NCBI GenBank assembly: GCA_963810275.1
Contig: CAWENF010000020.1
Span: 32,001 to 96,000 of the forward strand
Direction: 5' to 3'
DNA: 64,000 nt
DNA from: an uncultured archaeon
Lineage (GTDB): Archaea; Thermoproteota; Bathyarchaeia; Bathyarchaeales; Bathycorpusculaceae
Shown here: positions 61,276 to 64,000 of the stretch, piece by piece
Layout: each line of letters begins with the position of its first letter
How positions within the stretch are numbered: the first letter of the stretch is position 1
The notes under the pieces: generated by a model
The model's input: the letters and a program-made list of their open reading frames with translations, nothing else
Told to the model about the DNA's origin: nothing
The model's database searches: none
Translations under genes and position numbers: made by a program

Positions 61276-61386
61276 ATGCGACAAAATTACAAAGAAGACG
61301 AATCAGATGCAATTTTTAAGAAACTGCCCAAGCATGGCTATACTAAAAAAGCCTCAGACGCCATATATGAATGGTACCATAGATGA
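61276..61386 (+). CDS. possible 36-aa microprotein (not in ORF track)
   Basis: MRQNYKEDESDAIFKKLPKHGYTKKASDAIYEWYHR; amphipathic pattern; TTTTTAT ~30 nt upstream. Confidence 0.4.
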   Translation: MRQNYKEDESDAIFKKLPKHGYTKKASDAIYEWYHR

Positions 61387-61459
61387 ATAATTAAAAGGCT
61401 AAGAGTAAAGTAGATAAGACTTTTTTTGACCTGCCTATCCATACCCGAATATGTCTGTA

Positions 61460-62839
61460 TTAACTTGGGAGCATTCGTTTTAGGCTACTTCTGAGCCTGT
61501 TTCTAGCCAACCAATTAAGCCCCGACAACCCAACGGCGAATCCTAAAAGCTGCACAAACAATAACGGACTACTAGCAGTCAGCGGATTGGAGACAAAAAA
61601 GCTGTAACCCACATCAGCGGCGGGCTGCACACGAAAAATCATAAACTCAGCTCCCGATAGCAAATTCACGTATCGCATATTATACACCAAAGCATCTGCT
61701 GTCAAAAACAACCCCACCCCACACAAAACCCGAAGCCCCCACTTTCTAAGCTTACTTTTACCTACAGAACCAATCGCTGCCATACTCTTTGGCACCAGCG
61801 AAGCTGCGAGCAGGGCGAAGTAGGGGAGGGCTTGGTAGCAATATTTGACTGCATTCTGGTAGGGCGCTTTTAAGTCGAAGGTGGCGCCAAGAGCTGTATC
61901 CACGCCAATAACAGCTAAAATGGTTGCTAAACAGATTGCGTCCACGATGAGCAGGCTGCGGTTGTCTCTCCAAAAAACTAAACCCGCCAATAATGCTAAA
62001 GCCGTTGCGAAAACGAATATCCAGCCTACCCCATAGTTGAGGACAAAGTTAGCGGCAAAAAAGTAGCTAGGAACCACACCAGCGGCGTTGTGGGTAGCAA
62101 AGTCACTGTGCAAAACAATGGATGACATGTTAATTCCAGCAATTGTCTCATACCACAGAAACGAAGCAATCAACGTTGGCAACCCAAACGCCGCCAACCA
62201 ACCCACGGCATGCAGAAGTCTTTTGGGGCGGTGGAAAAGGAAAAACATCAAAATAGGAATCAATGCAAACACCGCGTAGAGTTTGGTGTTAAACGCAACG
62301 GCAAAAATTATGCCTGACGCCAAAAACAGCCCAAAAGACCTCCTGCGAAACGCATATACTGCTACAGCCAGACTTAGCAGGCTAAATAACAGGCATTGCA
62401 CGTCGATTAAGTATGCTCGAGAGAGGATGAGGTGCCAAGGGCTAAACGCCATAAGAGCCGCTGCCAAAACGCCTGTGACACGGCCGTAAAGTGCCGCCCC
62501 GATAACGTAGACTAAGTATAAGCATACCAGACCCATTAAGGCGGTGAAAACTGTCCCTTCTTGGATTGACAAACCAAATATATTTGCCCATGCCGCCTGC
62601 AGGAAAAAGCCGATGGGTGGCTGGTCGATGAGGTAGTGTCCGTTGGCGTAGGGCAATCCATTATTTAACACCCCTGAGGTTGCGTCAAGCTCCCATGCGG
62701 TGTCGCCGTTTGTGAAGGGCCCAAGCGAAGACACTACCAATAGAAACCCAGCCAGAACAGCTAGAAGGGGGTAGTAATCGTTTATTAGCCTCTTCAATCG
62801 GGCTCCCCCATTATGTTTTGCTGACCCTGTTTTCTCCAT
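61460..62839 (-). CDS. ArnT/PMT-like (GT-C) glycosyltransferase
   Basis: First loop GDTAW..DQPP; AALMAFSPW..LSR..LID; FNTKL; many TMs. Confidence 0.82.
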   Translation of the reverse strand: MEKTGSAKHNGGARLKRLINDYYPLLAVLAGFLLVVSSLGPFTNGDTAWELDATSGVLNNGLPYANGHYLIDQPPIGFFLQAAWANIFGLSIQEGTVFTALMGLVCLYLVYVIGAALYGRVTGVLAAALMAFSPWHLILSRAYLIDVQCLLFSLLSLAVAVYAFRRRSFGLFLASGIIFAVAFNTKLYAVFALIPILMFFLFHRPKRLLHAVGWLAAFGLPTLIASFLWYETIAGINMSSIVLHSDFATHNAAGVVPSYFFAANFVLNYGVGWIFVFATALALLAGLVFWRDNRSLLIVDAICLATILAVIGVDTALGATFDLKAPYQNAVKYCYQALPYFALLAASLVPKSMAAIGSVGKSKLRKWGLRVLCGVGLFLTADALVYNMRYVNLLSGAEFMIFRVQPAADVGYSFFVSNPLTASSPLLFVQLLGFAVGLSGLNWLARNRLRSSLKRMLPS

Positions 62840-62844
62840 GACGG

Positions 62845-63927
62845 TTACCCCAAAATTCTCCTTAGATATGACACCTTCTTAAGCGGCACAAGGATAGCTA
62901 AACAAATCAGCAACGTTACAGCCGTCACAAGCGGAATTTCCACCACAGGGTAAAAAGTGGTTACGCTCAGTTGGAAACCTAGATATCCATTTTCCAATGT
63001 TTCCAGCACAATCACGTGGAACAAGTAGATGGGCAGAGTGTTTTGGCTAATAACGGATAGTACACGGCTGGTTTTTTTGTGTTTTTCCATAGCTGAGTTA
63101 GGTGTGGAGGTTATCAACAGAAAAAGCCCAATCGAAGCGGGTATTGCGGTTATGCTTGAAGAAGTTAAAAAGGCCACCGCATAGTTTTCTCCCAACGTCC
63201 CTACCGTGGCATACGTACCTAACATCATGAAAACTGTGCTCAATAGGTACATGCTAAAAAGTGTTCGACGGCGCCACTGCAATCTGCTGATGTATGCACC
63301 CAAAATGTAGTAGCCCACTAGCCCTGTTAAAAGAAAGAGGCTTTGCTGAAACCAGAACGCTGGGTTTTTAAGGTCTGAGTATAACCCGATTAGTGGCACC
63401 ACGGCTGATCCTACAAGCCAAAGCACCATAAAGTACTTGATTATTTTCCAGTCCGCGTAGGAGACAATGACCCGTAGAAGAGGCGTAATCAGGTAAAGCC
63501 CGATTAGGATGTAGATAAACCAGAAATGGAAGTATGGTCCAGTCAATATGCCTCTGAAAATAAAGTCGGCTGTGACCGTCTGGTCTCGGACTAGGAACTG
63601 CCAAACAAAGTAGATGGCACCCCAAAAGATGACTGGGATGCCGATTCTTTTCCAACGCTTCTTAAAAAACAACCTTAGGGGCTCATCGGTTTTTTCTGGA
63701 CGCAGAAGCAAAATACCCGTCAACATGACAAAAAGCGGCACGCAAGGAATTGCGATGGAACGATAAGCGGTTTGGGTCCACCAGAACGTCACGCCCTCTG
63801 GCGACATGAAATCCAGCGAGAGGTTAGGTTCGATGGATGCATGAAGTAAAATGACCAGCACTATCGCAACAGTGCGTACTAGGTCTACTGGCAGATTAAT
63901 ACCCTGAGTTTTTGGGTAAGATTCCAA
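62845..63927 (-). CDS. acyltransferase-3 family membrane O-acyltransferase
   Basis: DLVRTVAIVLVILLHA, VPLFVMLTG, KKRWKRI, HFWFIY, PIYLFH. Confidence 0.9.
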   Translation of the reverse strand: MESYPKTQGINLPVDLVRTVAIVLVILLHASIEPNLSLDFMSPEGVTFWWTQTAYRSIAIPCVPLFVMLTGILLLRPEKTDEPLRLFFKKRWKRIGIPVIFWGAIYFVWQFLVRDQTVTADFIFRGILTGPYFHFWFIYILIGLYLITPLLRVIVSYADWKIIKYFMVLWLVGSAVVPLIGLYSDLKNPAFWFQQSLFLLTGLVGYYILGAYISRLQWRRRTLFSMYLLSTVFMMLGTYATVGTLGENYAVAFLTSSSITAIPASIGLFLLITSTPNSAMEKHKKTSRVLSVISQNTLPIYLFHVIVLETLENGYLGFQLSVTTFYPVVEIPLVTAVTLLICLAILVPLKKVSYLRRILG

Positions 63928-64000
63928 CCAATCGCCAATTACTTGTTATGAACGGTTTTCCTCTTATAATATTTTGCATTTTGCCCGTTAAAAAGACAGA

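Noticed and set aside
22-63655. Many antisense or alternate-frame ORFs in the track (e.g. 343-699, 11889-12452, 27932-28315)
   Set aside because: Shadows of well-supported genes with no motifs of their own.
1-64000. CRISPR array, rRNA, transposase or integrase
   Set aside because: No regularly spaced repeats, rRNA-like sequence or recombinase motifs seen by eye.
56818-64000. Genomic island integrated at tRNA-Asp
   Set aside because: No integrase and no duplicated tRNA end seen in the window.

Overview
Archaeal chromosomal window, most likely Bathyarchaeia/TACK (inferred from EF-1alpha GHVDNGKST, archaeal DnaG, PolB, class I CCA enzyme, CdvB/ESCRT-III, short XPF, a split tRNA-splicing endonuclease subunit and many TSDGGY-repeat surface proteins). 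It holds housekeeping genes (mtnA, ychF, dnaG, polB, apgM, tuf, xpf, thpR-cca, acdB, tRNA-Asp), NfnAB, a molybdate uptake/Moco biosynthesis cluster with a ModE-like regulator and candidate operators, and cell-surface glycan genes (glmM, glmU, uppP, a membrane-anchored beta-propeller/GH-A fusion, two GT-C-type proteins, an acyltransferase-3). No CRISPR, rRNA or recognisable mobile element was seen. The most unusual items are a PolB with intact polymerase motifs and PIP box but a dead 3'-5' exonuclease, a dnaG whose conserved N-terminus can only start at a non-canonical codon (probably ACG) behind a hairpin and A-rich leader, an RNase HI-glyoxalase fusion, a giant repeat-containing MMPL exporter, and a possible ESCRT-III/receiver/HtpX membrane-stress module. 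There are six decayed gene remnants and three single-base frameshifts that may be assembly errors. All calls come from reading motifs by eye; no searches were run.
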